The notes under the pieces: model-generated
Told to the model about the DNA's origin: nothing
The model's database searches: none
What the model saw: only the letters and a program-made list of their open reading frames with translations
DNA from: Eledone cirrhosa
Taxonomy: Eukaryota
Length of the DNA: 64,000 bases
Direction: 5' to 3'
NCBI GenBank assembly: GCA_964016885.1
Contig: OZ024741.1
Location: forward strand, 87,730,001 to 87,794,000
Shown here: piece by piece, positions 34,644 to 49,247 of the stretch
How positions within the stretch are numbered: the stretch's first letter is position 1
Layout of the letters: each line of letters opens with the position of its first letter
Position numbers and translations under genes: made by a program

Positions 34644-36064
34644 AATTAAATACGATATCAAATATCTGTCTATTTAGTGCGGACCACGTCAGGTGTTTCA
34701 GCAAGTACTTGTACACACACACACACGCACATACACACACGCGCTCACGCTCACATACACATATACACACACACGTATATGTATGTATATGTGACCGACA
34801 CAAATAAGACCACCAAAACTGCAGTAGAGTCAAATTTAATAAAAGAAATCACACTGCATTATCCTTCGTGCAAGGTAACAAGGACCGCATTCAAGCCTTA
34901 GGTAAAGGTTCCCGTTTGAAAATATATTGCAGTCTCAATCTAAAGTCGTAAAAACTGAAGATGGGCCTGCAACCTGTCATGGGAAGCGTGGGGTGGATGC
35001 ATAAATGTTGCATGTCCAGAGATCTCAAAATGGGTCCAGAAGAGAGCAGACAATAACTAAATTACGTGTCTGCTAATATTAAGACTCTTAGCAAACGGTG
35101 TACATATAGACATATAAACACTTTGTCTCCATATACAAATGGTGTATATATAGACATTTAAACACCTTGTTACTATATATAAACTACTTTTAGTCTTTTG
35201 CTAGAAATTCATTATCGACTCATTGTCCTATTTAACAGTCCATAAAGTTACATGTGTCTCGTAAATTGGATAGACTAATTTGCATATACGTCTTCTTTTC
35301 AGCTAGTTTGATTAATGAATTACTGATACACCAAGAGAATTCCAGAGAACCACCAATTGTAATTTCTTTCGGTAATATACTGTACAATGATGACTCAGCA
35401 GAAAAACGTACGGTGAGATGAAAGGAGTGAAAAGGAATAGTGGCTAGATAGGGATGAAGGTGGTGATGTCTTATTTTTACTCTTAGAAATGAAGGAAATA
35501 AATTTCATTAATTCAAAAGTTCATATTCAACTATAGAAGATAGAAAAAAAGAAAGAAAAAAAGGTGGAGAAATGAAAAAAAAAGAAGCGGGAGAGAGAAA
35601 TGAGGGAGGAGAAAGCTTTGTTTACACTCTTGGCTAGTTAGTACACCTGTAACTCGCCGACAATATGGCGAACGCATGCCAGTGATGATCATCACTGATA
35701 AGCCATACCACATTTCAGGGCTTCTTTCTCAAGTCTAATGCCATCGTCCCGATATAGCGAGGGTAGAAGTTTCGAATCTATACTACTGACTAGATATTAT
35801 GGGAGGAAGACAATGTGTTGGCGAGTCTAATTCGAAATGTTATTTTTATTTTATTTAACTTTTTTTCCTTTTTAAAATTTTTTACAATTACTTTTCTCAC
35901 TAGATCTTTTTGATTACTAACTGTAAGGAGTACTCGATACTTCTTCTAGTCTGTCATGGCTTACTAGCTCTATACGGATGTTTAAATTGAATAAATAAAT
36001 AGTGGAATGTTATCGTGACGCTAGCAGACGTCTAGCCAATACACGCTCCCTTCTATCTACCGTT

Positions 36065-36215
36065 CACCAGCCAATCAACCAACCAACCAACCAGCCAACC
36101 AGCTAATCAACCAACCAACCAACTAGCCAATCAACCAACCAACCAACCAGCCAACCAGCCAATCAACCAACCAACCAACCAACCAGCCAATCAACCAACT
36201 AACTAGCTAACCAGC
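36065..36215. repeat. (AACC)n-based repeat with periodic agccaatc units
   Basis: Read directly. Confidence 0.85.
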
Positions 36216-36556
36216 CAGTCTATCAATCGCATGCGTTTGCAATATCATAATGACACAAAGAAAGAGAAAAAGAAAATTGAAAGAAATGAAAGAAAGAATG
36301 CAGAGGGGACCGCCACAGGAGGTAGTCATTTAACATTAATGTTACGTTCGCCTATTTTAATCCATTTTGCTTCCAATCAACTTGGTTAAAGTCTATATTT
36401 GATGATTTTTTTTTTAGAATTCTATACTTTAAAAAATTACGATTTTTTATCACACGTTTTTATCATGCATCAGGTAAAGAAAAACAAAATGCTATCCATA
36501 TCACTTTTTAACATTCATCAGCTATTAACAAGAGGTAATACATATGTATATGTATA

Positions 36557-36672
36557 TTGGCAGAGTACTTTGCTTTGTGGTATTCGTTCCGGCTGTCTGC
36601 TCTCCGAGTTCAAATCACGCCGAAGTTAACTTTGCCTTTCATCTTTTCGAGGTCGATAAAAAGAGTACCAGT
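36557..36672 (+). mobile_element. SINE (partial)
   Basis: gagttcaaatcacgccgaagttaactttgcctttcatc core. Confidence 0.7.
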
Positions 36673-37018
36673 CTAGTATCTCTCTCTTACTTTCATTCTC
36701 TCACTCTCATTTCTCTGGAAGAAATCTGTTGTATTCAGACCTGGAGAGGGATGGGATCCACCAAGTTTAAAATGCCCAAGAAACGCTGTATGTCAATACG
36801 GCACCTCTACGACTCCACACACACACACATATACACACACACATATAGATATATAGATATATAGATATATAGATATATATATATATATATATCATATTAT
36901 ATCTATCTATCTATATATATAAATGAAGGTATAAACCCGAACGTGACACCTAGTGGTTTCGGCTTTTATGTAGCAAGCCTTCCCAAAAGTATAGGTTTAT
37001 ATCTCCTTTATACCCAAC

Positions 37019-37170
37019 TAGCATTGTGGTTAGTGTTCAGTTTATGATCGTAAGGTGGGAAGTTTGATTTCTGGCGGCGCATTTTGTCCATGATTAAGAT
37101 ACTTTATTTCACGTTACTCGACTCCACTCAGCTGGCAAAAATGAGTTGTACCGGTCATAAGCTGTGTCAT
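37019..37170 (+). mobile_element. Second tRNA-type SINE family (partial)
   Basis: tgtggttag A-box-like head and atactttatttcacgttactc...ccactcagctggcaaaaatgagttgtac, the reverse complement of part of 55680-55780. Confidence 0.55.
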
Positions 37171-38516
37171 GTCGATCAAACAACTAACTCTCATCGTTGA
37201 AACCAATGGAGGTCAATACCAATTGGTTATAATACCTCATTTTCCTAAATGTATTTGTGTCCGATGATTAGGTTTGAGTCGTGAAGTTTAGAACTTTCCT
37301 ATTTACATAGGAATTTGTAAATTACATTAGTTGTCTGAAGAACGTTCTGTGACGTGGAGGCTTATGGTTGCGTGTTTACTAGAATGTTTTAAATATGGCG
37401 TTTTGGGAATTTTATTCTTCCTATAAGCTTGTGATGTTTTGTTCTGTTTGATGAGATTTTCTATCGACGTATTCATCCATTCTGTACCAGAATGGATTTG
37501 GTTCATGTAGTATAGTATATGTGTGATTGGTAGATTTTTATCAGGTGTCGCAGGCCTGTCAACTCTCTCTGTCCGACGGAGAGAGCTCCCTCCTACTTTG
37601 GGATGGGTGAGAGATATCTTCTCTTGTGAAAATGGGTATAGCTTTCATTATGTAAAATCTCCCCATTTTGCCTCATTTCTCACCATTTTGGGGCACTTTT
37701 TTTCATGGTACTTCCCGTTTGGGTTTTTAAAGGTTGGCAGGTCTGGTGTCGTATCTGTCATTTCTGTTTTAGATTTTGGTTTACTAATGTTTTCGAGATC
37801 ATTATTAACTCCTTGAATTTTCTATTCCAAAGTATCTTTCTGGATGAAAATTTCAAGATTCTTCTCAGAAGGAATATCACGACCACGATTTTATATCTCT
37901 GTGGTCACTCACTATCGCCATGCCTATATAAGCATTTGTTGGTATTTCTTATTTTACAGATGTACTATATGAGTTATTTGTTTTGCCTACGTTTACATCT
38001 AAAATTGGGGGGGGGGGGCGTTGTCGGAATTTAACTTGAAATATTATCACCTATTTCCGGCATCGTCTGCTCTCAGCAGATTGAATATCACTGATTGTCA
38101 TTAAAGTCTTTATTACGCAGTTCTTATATATTCGTTGTATGTTAGGACTACGCTGATTGAAAGATTTGAGAACAGAATTATTTTCAAAATCTTCGTGTCT
38201 ATCCGCCCGTTTCTGTGTGTCTGTCATGACGAACACATCATCGGGTACTAGGCATAGATGGTATGGTTGTGTTCAGGGATAACTTTGTGTATTACGTGTA
38301 TATTTATTATTTCGGGAACATTAGAATTTCTATATCCATGGTGGAAATGTTGACACATTTTTAATTTCTGGTAGAATTTCTAAGTGTATATTGTTTTATG
38401 ATCCCATACAGTTTAATGATACCGTGAGTTAGAGAATTAATTTGGGAGAGGTTATTCTTTTGGGGAATCTCTCCGTTCCCATCAATGTATGCAAGTCTAA
38501 TCTCTTCTTCTATATC

Positions 38517-38680
38517 AGTCATGGGCAAACTGCGGCTCGCGAGCCGTATACGGGTCGTTTGGCTTTCTGAATGGCACGCCTAATTTCAAAATTGTCTTTA
38601 ATTATTTTAGTAGTGCGGCTTGCCTTATGATGAGCCACATCCTATGCGGCCAACTGTTTGAAAAAGGTTGCCCGTGCTTG
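38517..38680. mobile_element. hAT (Charlie-like) MITE
   Basis: Imperfect TIRs cagtcatgggcaaact / aggttgcccgtgcttg and a near 8-bp TSD ttctatat / ttatatat. Confidence 0.65.
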
Positions 38681-39192
38681 TTATATATATATATTAGAAA
38701 GGAAAAACTCTTATTTGTGTGTATATAGTAGTAATTAGTTTAATTTTTAGCTGTACAGTATTATCTTTCTTAGTGTTGATAAAGTTTCTGTTTTATTGAC
38801 TTTTTTTGTTCAGATTACTCTTATCACTTTTACACTTTTAAATTTTGTCGATGTTTTTCTGATCGTATAGATTTTGTTGGAGTTTCATGCTAGATACGGC
38901 TTTTTGTGTGTTTGTATGTTTATTGCTTCATAAGTCTCCATGTTTATCCCTTGTTTGTATTTAAAAAAATCTCTGAAGATTGATGAAGCAGTTTTAGTGC
39001 GACTAATTTTCAGCTTTCATCGTATTAACTCTTTCGTTACAATTATTCTAACGAAAAATACTAAGATTTTCAAATAATCTTGAAGATTATTAAAACTTTG
39101 GAACTTAGTAATGTAACTAACCTTTACATTATCAAGCTGGTATTTCGAACATGGTTCTTAAATAGATTGATAATGGGAAGGTTTTAGACAAA

Positions 39193-39640
39193 TACTAGCA
39201 GAAAGGCCCGGCGTTGCTCGGGATTCTAAACATAGATTGGCATGTTTATCCCTCCTTTCTGAAACAGTTTCGTCGTATGTTAACCAATTGATGCATAAGT
39301 CCTAATAAAAACTGAAGTCGCCTTGGGTGAATAGGCAAATAATTTTCCATTAAGATTTTTCAAAAGTATGTAATTGCGTTCCCTCTCTTTTTTGTTGTTG
39401 TTTTTGCTGCTGTTGGTGTGATAGCAGCCGTTGGTCGTACTACTAACACAGTCTCGTCCTTCTTTAGCCAGTCGTATATATCCCATTCTGCCTCGTCAGT
39501 AATGAGAACAATATTTGCTCTAGTGTTCTTATATATTTGATATATATTTATCCTTATCGAGCCTCGTGAAATAAATACGTTTGTTTATATTTTGTTATTG
39601 TGTATGCAAAAATATATGTACACGAATATATAATTATATA
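39193..39640 (-). mobile_element. Non-autonomous Helitron-like element, 3' end at 39193
   Basis: The - strand ends with a cccgagcaacgccggg hairpin plus ctgCTAGt. An internal block is shared with 48178-48340 and 52460-52630. Confidence 0.6.
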
Positions 39641-40067
39641 TACTAGCAGTGTATCCCGGTGTTGCACGGGTAAGAACATTGGTAATAGCACCTCCAATGA
39701 GAAACATTTATTTGTGAGTGCCTGTTAAAACTCACGAAAATATACCGACAGGAAACTTGTTTTATTTGGAGAAAATTAAGAAGTTGAAAGTACAGTTTAG
39801 CTGTCTACATGCATTGTTCATAGAAATATTGTTGAGCCCCTTCTTTTCATACTCCTCTGTTTTGGCCTTTTGGAGTAAATGTAAAAGAGAAAGTCACAGG
39901 TTAAGTTGGCAGAAGGTTCCAGTGTCATAGCAGTAAGGCGTAGGCTACTTACCTCAAAAGTTCATTCGCACTCTTTCCACTAAGTTACTCTTTCTCTCTA
40001 TCCCTCTCGGTGCAGTCTCTTGCGAATTTCTCGCGTAGGCCTGGTGTAGATTTGCCACCTCTGTCCA
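39641..40067 (-). mobile_element. Non-autonomous Helitron-like element, copy 1 of a duplicated block, interrupted by a LINE
   Basis: Hairpin plus CTAG terminus; highly similar to 42052-42468. Confidence 0.65.
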
Positions 40068-41395
40068 GGTTTTTCTTGGTGTACCTCTACTGGTATTTCC
40101 TAGCACTTCTTTACCTATCGGTCATCATCGATGCGCATCACATGTTCATACCAACGCAGTCTTCTCTCCTGCATACCACCTCGGATTTCTATTAAAGCCA
40201 GTTTCTCCCCCAATTCACCCAAGCTCTGCCTTTCTCTCACATTTACATTGCACATCCAACGGGACATGGCTGCTTCATTTCTCTCTGTTTTACGCAGTCA
40301 CTACCCACGTTTCACTACCATGCAGCATCTCACTTTAAACACAGGCGTCATACAGTCGAACGTTTTTACGTAGGGAAAAACCTTTTGTTGCCAACAGTGG
40401 GTGCAGTTCTCTAAACTTCTTCCATCCTATCCTTATTTTAGCTATTATGCTCTCAGAGCACCGTCCTCCGCTGCTAATTATGTCACCTAAGGAGCAGAAG
40501 CTATCAGCCACTTCTATGGATCATTCCTGTGACTTGAAGAGTTTTATGTCACTGGTGCTCTTTCCGTCGATTACTCCTGTGCATCTTCTATAAACAAAAC
40601 CTTCCTTTTCTGTTAATCTACCCGTTATGCCACTACATCTCTTGTGTACACCATATGGAGTTTATACCTAATCCTTTTCTACATATTGAGCAGGGACACT
40701 TTCCTGAAGGAATCAGGGTCTTATCTTCTCTCCTACTCACTAGCACTTTAGTTTTGGCTAAGTTTATTCTTAGACCCTTTGATTCCAAATTCCGTTTCCA
40801 CAAATATAACTTATTTGTTAGTTCTTTTATAGATTCGGCTATAAGGACCAAATCATCTGCATAGAGAAGTTCCTCTTTATTATAGCCTGGAGAACTATGA
40901 TGAACAGTAGTGGGCTAAGAACCGAACCTTGATGAACTCCTACCTGTATCTTGAATACCTCACTAAACTCACTTCCTACTCTCACTTTACTGTACATGGT
41001 ATGCACTGCTCTCACAAGCCATTCTTCTAAACCTAATTTCCTTAAGGACCACTAGATAATGGATTGACAATTCAAAGCCTTTCTAGATCAACAAAAGTGA
41101 AGTATAGCAGCTTGTACTTGGCTAGGAACGTTTCTTGCAGTTGCCTCACTCAGAAGAGGGCATATCTAGTACTTTTTTTCAGACATGAAATCAAACTGCA
41201 TTTCATCTATTTTGACCCTTTCTGTTACTTTCATAACTTAATCCATTAGCTTTATTCCTCTATACATGCTCCTTTCTAGAGCATCATCTTTACCCTTGTG
41301 GCAATTTATGATTGTACGGCTGCACCAGTCATTGGAGATATGACTCCATCCTGTATTACCTGATCGTCTATGCAGGTTACTAGTTCAACTCCTAC
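40068..41395 (-). pseudogene. Decayed RTE-type LINE reverse transcriptase fragment
   Basis: The - strand reads VGVHQGSVLSPLLFIIVLQA, ELLYADDLVLIAES...GLRINLAKTKVL and a Cys-rich insert CPCSICRKG. Confidence 0.75.
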
Positions 41396-41446
41396 TGCTC
41401 ACACACACACACACACACACTCTCTCTCTCTCTATCTATCTATCTA

Positions 41447-41482
<36 letters not shown>

Positions 41483-41536
41483 GCTCTCTTTCTCCCTCTC
41501 ACACACACACACACACTATATATATATATATAGTAA

Positions 41537-41729
41537 TAATTGTTTCTACGTTAGGCACAAGGCCAGCAATTACTCAGTGCATTACTGGTACTTTATTTTA
41601 TCGACCCCGTAAGGATGAAAGGCAAAGATAACCTTGGCGGGATTTGAACTCAGAATGGCAAGGGCCGTAACTCTATACGTCAAAGCTTGGCGTCCGACTC
41701 TCTACTAATACTGCCAATCCACCGCCCTT
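41537..41729 (-). mobile_element. SINE with TSD tatatagtaataat
   Basis: Full reverse-complement consensus with direct repeats on both flanks. Confidence 0.85.
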
Positions 41730-42051
41730 ATATATAGTAATAATAATAATAAATTTGAAGACTAAAATCCAAAGAGGGCTCGATAAGGATAAATATATAT
41801 CAAATATATAAGAACCCTATATATATATGTTTGCTTGGTGAGTGCTTTACAACTACTAAAATGTGTTTCTAAGGATGTTCAAATATATGTTGTAAATGTT
41901 TCACCGTGAAAAAGTTATTAAAATGGCGGCAATCTCCTAAAAAATTATACAGAATTATTTTTGATGTGGCGTGTTAGCCCAGAAAGACCGATAATTTGGC
42001 AAAGTCCAAAGATGACTGAAAATTCTTGTTGTATATATATATATATATATA

Positions 42052-42700
42052 TACTAGCAGTGTATTCTGGCGTTGCACGGGTAAGAACATTGGTAATAGC
42101 ACCTCCAATGAGAAACGTTTATTTGTGAGTGCCTGTTAAAACTCACGAAAATATACCGACAGGAAACTTGTTTTATTTGGAGAAAATTAAGAAGTTGAAA
42201 GTACAGTTTAGCTGTCTACGTCCATTGTTCATAGAAATATTGTTGAGCCCGTTCTTTTCATACTCCTCTGTTTTGGCCTTTTGGAGTAAATGTGAAAGAG
42301 AAAGTCACAGGTTAAGTTGGCAGAATGTTCCAGCGTCATAGCAGTAAGGCGTAGCCTACTTACCTCAACAGTTCATTTGCACTCTTTCCACTAAGTTACT
42401 TTTTCTATCTATCCCACTCGGTGCAGTCCCTTGCGAATTTCTCGCGTAGGCCTGGTGTAGATTTGCACCCGATCCATCTACCCGATGCACATGTCCGCTT
42501 TGTACGGATTTTGGTGGAAGGAATGACCAGCAGTACGTTATTCGGTGTTATTACGAAAAGGTGTAGCAGAGAATCCCGCATGAACTAACAACTCGGGAGG
42601 AAACTGCTTACCTCGAAGATTCATTCGCCATCGTTCTTGTCAACGCTCCGTTTAGTTGGTATTTGTTGGTCTACAGTTAGATGAATGTCGCACAAAGGGT
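42052..42700 (-). mobile_element. Non-autonomous Helitron-like element, copy 2
   Basis: Same terminus and first ~415 bp as 39641-40067, then continues. Distal boundary approximate. Confidence 0.6.
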
Positions 42701-42984
42701 TAATATTTATTGGCAAGAAGTTTTTTGAATAATAAAAGACGGGTTAAAGCGACCTGCAATGTATCTGTGTGTGTATATATATATATACATATATATATGT
42801 GTGTGTGTGTATGTATACATATATATATATATATGTGTGTGTGTGTATGTATGTATGTATGTATGTATATATATATATATGTGTGTGTGTGTGTATGTGT
42901 GTGTGTATTTATACATATATTTTTATGTGTATATTTATATATATGTATAAGTGTATATATATATATGTGTATATGTGTTTGTAT

Positions 42985-44322
42985 CTTTTTCGCCTTAACT
43001 CTCCTGCTCTGAGCCGGTGCTACAGTAAAGCCAGAGTCCTGGTGTTTCTCCAGTGCAAGGCGCATACAATAGTCCACTACGATGATAAAAAGGTAGGGAG
43101 CCAATGTATCTCCCTGGAGCACTCCAGCCAGTATCTCAAAGAACTCTGTCATCCAATCAGGTGTAATGACTTGGGCGTTGGTGTTGGTGTAGAGCAGTGA
43201 TATCAGGTCCGCTATCTTCTTGGGGATTCCATAAGCCTGTAAGATCAGACAGTGACGGTCCACAGAATCAAAGGCCTTCCTAAAATCAATGAAAACGATG
43301 ACCGCAGGAAGGCACTCTGCTCTATCTCCCTCTAATATCCTCCTCAGCATCAGGACGTGACTGGTGGTTGATCTTCTCTCTCTCTGAAGCCGTTCTGGTT
43401 GTCCCTGAGCTTCTTCTCCATCTCAGGCTGGATCCTGTTAAAAATCATCCTGTTGAGGGTCTTTGCCACAAGTGACGTCAGTGAGATCCCCCTGTAGGAC
43501 TCTGGCTTTACTGTAGCACCGGCTCAGAACAGGAGAGTTAAGGCGAAAAAGATATCGGATGCTGAATTTGCCGACGACATAGTTTTGGTGACAAATACAG
43601 TGGAGGCAGAGGATTTGATACAGGAGGTTGAGACTGTGTCGATGAGTGTGGGGCTGAGAATGAATGAGACTAAAACTAAATATCTGGTAGAGAATGTTGA
43701 GAATCCAGAGGGGATCACTAATGTAGGTGGGAAGCCGCTAGAATTGTTTGAGGACTTCCTGTATTTGGGAGCAAAGATTGGGAATACGGAAGATGATGTG
43801 GTTGAGAGGAAGAGCAAAGCCTGGGCAGCGTGCCACAGCTTGAGATCGGTGTGGAAGTCGGACCTTCGTAAAGACCTGAAAATCCGCCTCTTCATTGCTG
43901 TAGTGGAGTCTGTGCTGCTGTACGGGTCTGAGACTTGGACACTGACCAAGAATCTCACTCAGATGGTGGATGGGTGCTACACGAGAATGCTGAGGATGGT
44001 TCTGAATATTAATCAGTATACACTGAGGATGAAAAACTCAGAGCTGTATGGGAGCATCCCAAAAGTCAGCTCAAAAGTGACACAGAGGAGACTGAGGTTA
44101 GCTGGACATGCTCACCGACATCCAGAGTTGACATTGCACTCAGTGGTCCAGTAGGAGCCCCTATATGGACACACTGGAAAAGGAATACCAAGGTTAACGT
44201 ATGTTGATGCCCTAAGGACAGACACTGGTCTGTTGGAGACACAGGACATGGCAGCGATAATGAGGGACAGAGACCGCTGGAGAGAACTCGTCCATGGATA
44301 CGGGAATTTTACCCGCCCTAGA
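42985..44322 (+). mobile_element. RTE-clade LINE, 5'-truncated with an inverted 5' segment and a 12-bp TSD
   Basis: 42985-43495 on - (IDFRKAFDSV, GVLQGDTLAPYLF) and 43496-44322 on + (EFADD, LLYGSETW). TSD atgtgtttgtat at 42973 and 44323. Confidence 0.85.
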
Positions 44323-44393
44323 ATGTGTTTGTATATGTATATATATATATGGTGCATGTGTTTCTTATTGGCAACATGACCCTCCCAAAGTAT

Positions 44394-44798
<405 letters not shown>

Positions 44799-45061
44799 AA
44801 TGTAGCGAAGATACTACGTCAGCAATAACGTGTTCGTCAGAATGTCGTTATGCAGACAGCCATACATACAGACAGATATTATAAGTGCTCGACGGAGATC
44901 GATAACCGGCGCCTAACACCCCTTTAACAACAGAAACATTGAAAAATAAAAGCTGCAGTTATTATCTTTAGACCGCAATGAATATATAAATGTAAGTTTG
45001 AAGTCAATCAGAGTAGAAATGTATAGACTTTGCAAAAATGAGGACACACACACGCACGCGT

Positions 45062-45110
<49 letters not shown>

Positions 45111-45373
45111 AACAGACAACAACAGTTTTATATATATGTATAGATAGGGTGGCTCATGTTGCTAATAAAATCACACGCACCAGTTAAGTTTCAATTCAGT
45201 TTTATTTTTATATACATATATTCATGCATATATGCACAGAAACACACTCACATACACATATATATATACGAGTGTATGTGTTTATGTGTATGTGTGTCTG
45301 TCTGTCTGTGTGTATGTATCCTAAATTATAATGAACCTAGTCTAAAATGATTAGTAATATTGTAGAACATATT

Positions 45374-45590
45374 AGAGCGGTGGATTGGAAGTATCGGTAA
45401 CGCGTCGGACAACATGCTATATGGCATAGGGTTACGCCCCTTTACGATCTGAATTCAAATCCTGCCGACGTTAGCTTTACCTTTCATTCTTACGGGGTCG
45501 ATAAAATAAAGTACCATTAATGTACTGGGGTCGCTTTAATCGACTTAGCCCTCCCCAAAATTGTTGGCCTTGTGCCTAAATCAGAAACCA
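45374..45590 (+). mobile_element. SINE, full length, with TSD aatattgKagaacatatt
   Basis: Consensus match with flanking direct repeats. Confidence 0.85.
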
Positions 45591-47557
45591 ATATTGGAGA
45601 ACATATTCGCTCAAAATCTACGCCATCCTACCCTCTGCATTTCTCATCCACTACAATCATTCCCTCTTCTACTCTTTGTCTTTACCGTCTTTCAAAATCT
45701 TTGGATTTGATGACAACATTGTTATAGAAATTATAATTTAAAAAATATCGAAGGAAACATTGGTCACTGGAGAATTTATAGCCAATGCCTTCCATCGCTT
45801 TCGAGATTAAATGTGTAATTTACAGAAAATCAAAGTATTTTCACATTTCATCATTTTACAACTTTTGATTTTTCTAATTTATTCATTATGATCTTTCTTT
45901 ATAAATGTTAGTTATTTCAGTAATATTTCGTTTCCATATTTCTTGAAAATGTTTAACAAAAATGGTGAGGTGGTGTTGATTACAAGTATGCTATTTGTTG
46001 AGGGAGCTTTTGTTGCTACGAACAACCACGTACAGACTTTGTGGTTGTGTACAGTTGACAAGTTGAAGCAAGTGTTATAAAGGGAATTATTTTGATAGAA
46101 AGCGAAACTATTACATGCGCTGTATAGTAATATTAAATATAAATTTATAATTCAACCCCCACTGTAGTGGATTTGACACAACAGAACCGAATGAATTAAA
46201 GAATTTTTTTTGTTTTTAATACTGACTGAATCAAAAGAATTAAGTTTCAGTGAAAAAGTCATTCATATTCATTAAATAATAATTTCAAAGTTGGCATCTG
46301 AGATGAAAGCTATAGTACCTGACACAGTCGTAGGTTACTTTGATAAAATTGCTCACAAAAGAGATGGTAGTCTCCAGAGGATTGATCTGTTATACACTGT
46401 TTATCTCATCATTTGTATTATGTGCCACTGTTTCCCTAGGAGGATCATGGGTTATAGACTAGTTTAAAAAGGATTGAAAACTGCACACTTTCATCCACTG
46501 GCCTTTACAGTTATTGACCTCAAGTTCGTCAAAGTGATTTTAAAACTACCATGAAGGGTAAGTAACACATGTAACATGCTTTAGATCTACACACAAAATT
46601 AGATCACAATCAGCTCGTCCTTGAAAAGAAATCCAACCATAATATGAGTAGAAACATATCAGGGTCTGTATGATGATGTAGCACAATCAATGCATTGCGA
46701 TATTCATCTTTCCAGTTAGGATTCCCTTCGATTCTACAATGAGCGATTCTAGAATTTGACAACTATGGTTCGGTTTACTGATCCTAAAAATCTTCATATG
46801 TATCAACATATTGAGCTACTTTCCACATTCAACCGCGAACAATTGATAATTGATAATACAGTTAATTTGAACGCTGAAGATACTATGTACATGTTTTCCA
46901 ATCCTTACTGACAAGACTGACCAATAAATATATCAGTTGAAAGGACAGAATATTTGCAATGGCAAAGTGTAATTTGAAGAAACCAGCTACCAAGTCTGAA
47001 ACAATGAAATAGAGGAACAAAGTCTCCCAAAACATACTAGAGCATCAAGTATCAAAGTCTGAGGAGAAACGATAGTAGCGGCTGACCACACTTTCACAAG
47101 CTGAAGAAAATCGATCTACTCTGGAGTTTCCTCATCGAAGAAATTCTCACTTTGTTCAAAGTACTGAACAGAGAAGGGGGGGGGGGGAGAAGGCAAAATT
47201 AGCTGGCAAAGAGACTGCACTAAGTGAGCAATCTGATTCCCGGGATACTCTGAGATTTGCAAAAATCACTGCATGATTCAATACTCGTATCAAGATTTTC
47301 ATCTAGGTTTTGTCTTGAATACAGACAAGTACAGGAGGCCATCAGTTGTCTACTGCAGAATATTCAACTTGCTCATTACCTGTGAAGATTTTGAAGTTTA
47401 TTAATCCTCAAAAACCGAGAGTTTCCCTAATGGGAACTAACACGAGCCTAACATGTAATATATTATTCTCTTCAGAATTCACTGAATATATTCGGAGTAT
47501 AACGTATGGCGTGATTTCTACTCTCTTGTTTTTTTTTATATGCAATAATGAGGAATA

Positions 47558-47710
47558 AGGCGGAGTATCGGCAGAGTTGTTAGAATGTCGGACAGAATGC
47601 ATCGCAATATTCGTTTCCGCTGTCTGCGCCCTGAGTTGAAACCCCGCCAAGGTTACTGTGCCTTTCATCCTTTCGAAGTCGATAAAAATGTACCAGTCCA
47701 ATACTGAGGT
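47558..47710 (+). mobile_element. SINE (diverged)
   Basis: aggcggagtatcggcagag head and tgcctttcatcctttcgaagtcgataaaa core. Confidence 0.7.
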
Positions 47711-48662
47711 GGATTCTTCTTCTATATCTCTTTCTCACTTCGTCACTTCCTCTCTATTACCCTCTTTGGAAATTGTCTGCATTCAGGCCTGGAGACTAAA
47801 ATTATTACAATTGTATTTATTTTGTAGATATCTATATTACTAAAACAGAGAATGTTTGTTTGTCTGTCTGCCTGTCCAATCACTAAAACTCGAGAACCAC
47901 CCAACCGAGTTTTTTCAAACTTTACACATATAATACTTATGATCCCGTGCGTGTTTTGAGCAAAAGAATTTCAAATTTTCAATGCCCTAGGCACTGCATT
48001 AGGCGGTTTAGCGATCTCTGTCTATAATTCTTAGTCTTTCTCTTTTTAGATAGATACATAGATATAACGTCGTGCCCTTATAATATCTGTCTGTATGCCT
48101 CACTGTCTGCATTACGTCATTATGACGCGATCAGTGTGTGTGTGTATATATGTATATATAGTGTGTGTATATATATATACTAGCAGAATGGTCCGGCGTT
48201 ACTCGGGATTAGCTCTAGGGTTCTTATATATTTGACATATATTTATCCTTATTGAGCCTCGTGAAATAAATACGTTTATTTATATTTTGTTATTGTGTAT
48301 GCAAAAATATCTGTACACGAATATATAATTATATATATATCTCTTTATAATATATAACCAGCAATTTCTCTGTCTGTCTGTCCGACAGTGAAAACACGTG
48401 CGCGCGTGGTTGCTATCTCTCTCTCTCTCCAGCTATCCCTCTCTTTTAGTCTGTCTGTTTCTCTCACTCTCACTCTTTCTCTTTGTAACACACTAACATT
48501 CCTCCCCTCTATCGCTGTGACGAATGGGGAGATGGAGGATGAGGAGGAGGAGGAGGAGGAGGGGGGAGGAGGAGGAGGGGGGGAGGAGGAGAGAGTCACT
48601 TCGTCACTTCACCTCTGCCTTTCTTTCTCTCCCCTCTCACTCCCTCATTACGTACAGACATT

Positions 48663-48853
48663 AGGGCGGTGGATTGGCAAAATCTGTAGAGAGTCGGATA
48701 CCATGCTTCATAGCATGGAGTTACGTCCCTTTACGGTCTGATTCAAATACCGCCGAGGTTAACTTTGCCTTTCATCCTCACGGGGTCGATAAAATAAAGT
48801 ACCAGTAATGTACTGGGTAATTGCTGGCCTTGTGCCAAAAGTAGAAACAATTA
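48663..48853 (+). mobile_element. SINE, full length
   Basis: Consensus match. Confidence 0.85.
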
Positions 48854-48972
48854 TTAGGAACATTGCTTCATTTTTACATATCTAAGCATTAGTAAAATAA
48901 CTAATAATTTCAAGAGTAATTTTTCAATTCCAATTGTTATGAACAGCAAAACATTAGTAATAATTTTGTTCT

Positions 48973-49171
48973 AAGAAATATATATACATTTCTGTGTGTG
49001 TAATATATATATATACACACAGAAATATATATACATTTCTGTGTGTGTAATATATATATATATACACACACAGAAATATATATATATACACACAGAAATA
49101 TATATACATTTCTGTGTGTGTAATATATATATATATACACACACAGAAATATATATACATTTCTGTGTGTG

Positions 49172-49238
<67 letters not shown>

Positions 49239-49247
49239 GAAATATAT
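48973..49247. repeat. Minisatellite of self-complementary units of about 45 bp (acacagaaatatatatacatttctgtgtgt)
   Basis: Four to five copies read directly. Confidence 0.8.

Noticed and set aside
37230-38510. Possible decayed coding or Penelope-like fragment on the - strand
   Set aside because: I could not find a GIY-YIG or RT motif; left unclassified.
45600-47550. Repeat-poor stretch that might be a host exon or transposase relic
   Set aside because: No long ORF or recognisable motif; needs a frameshift-aware homology search.
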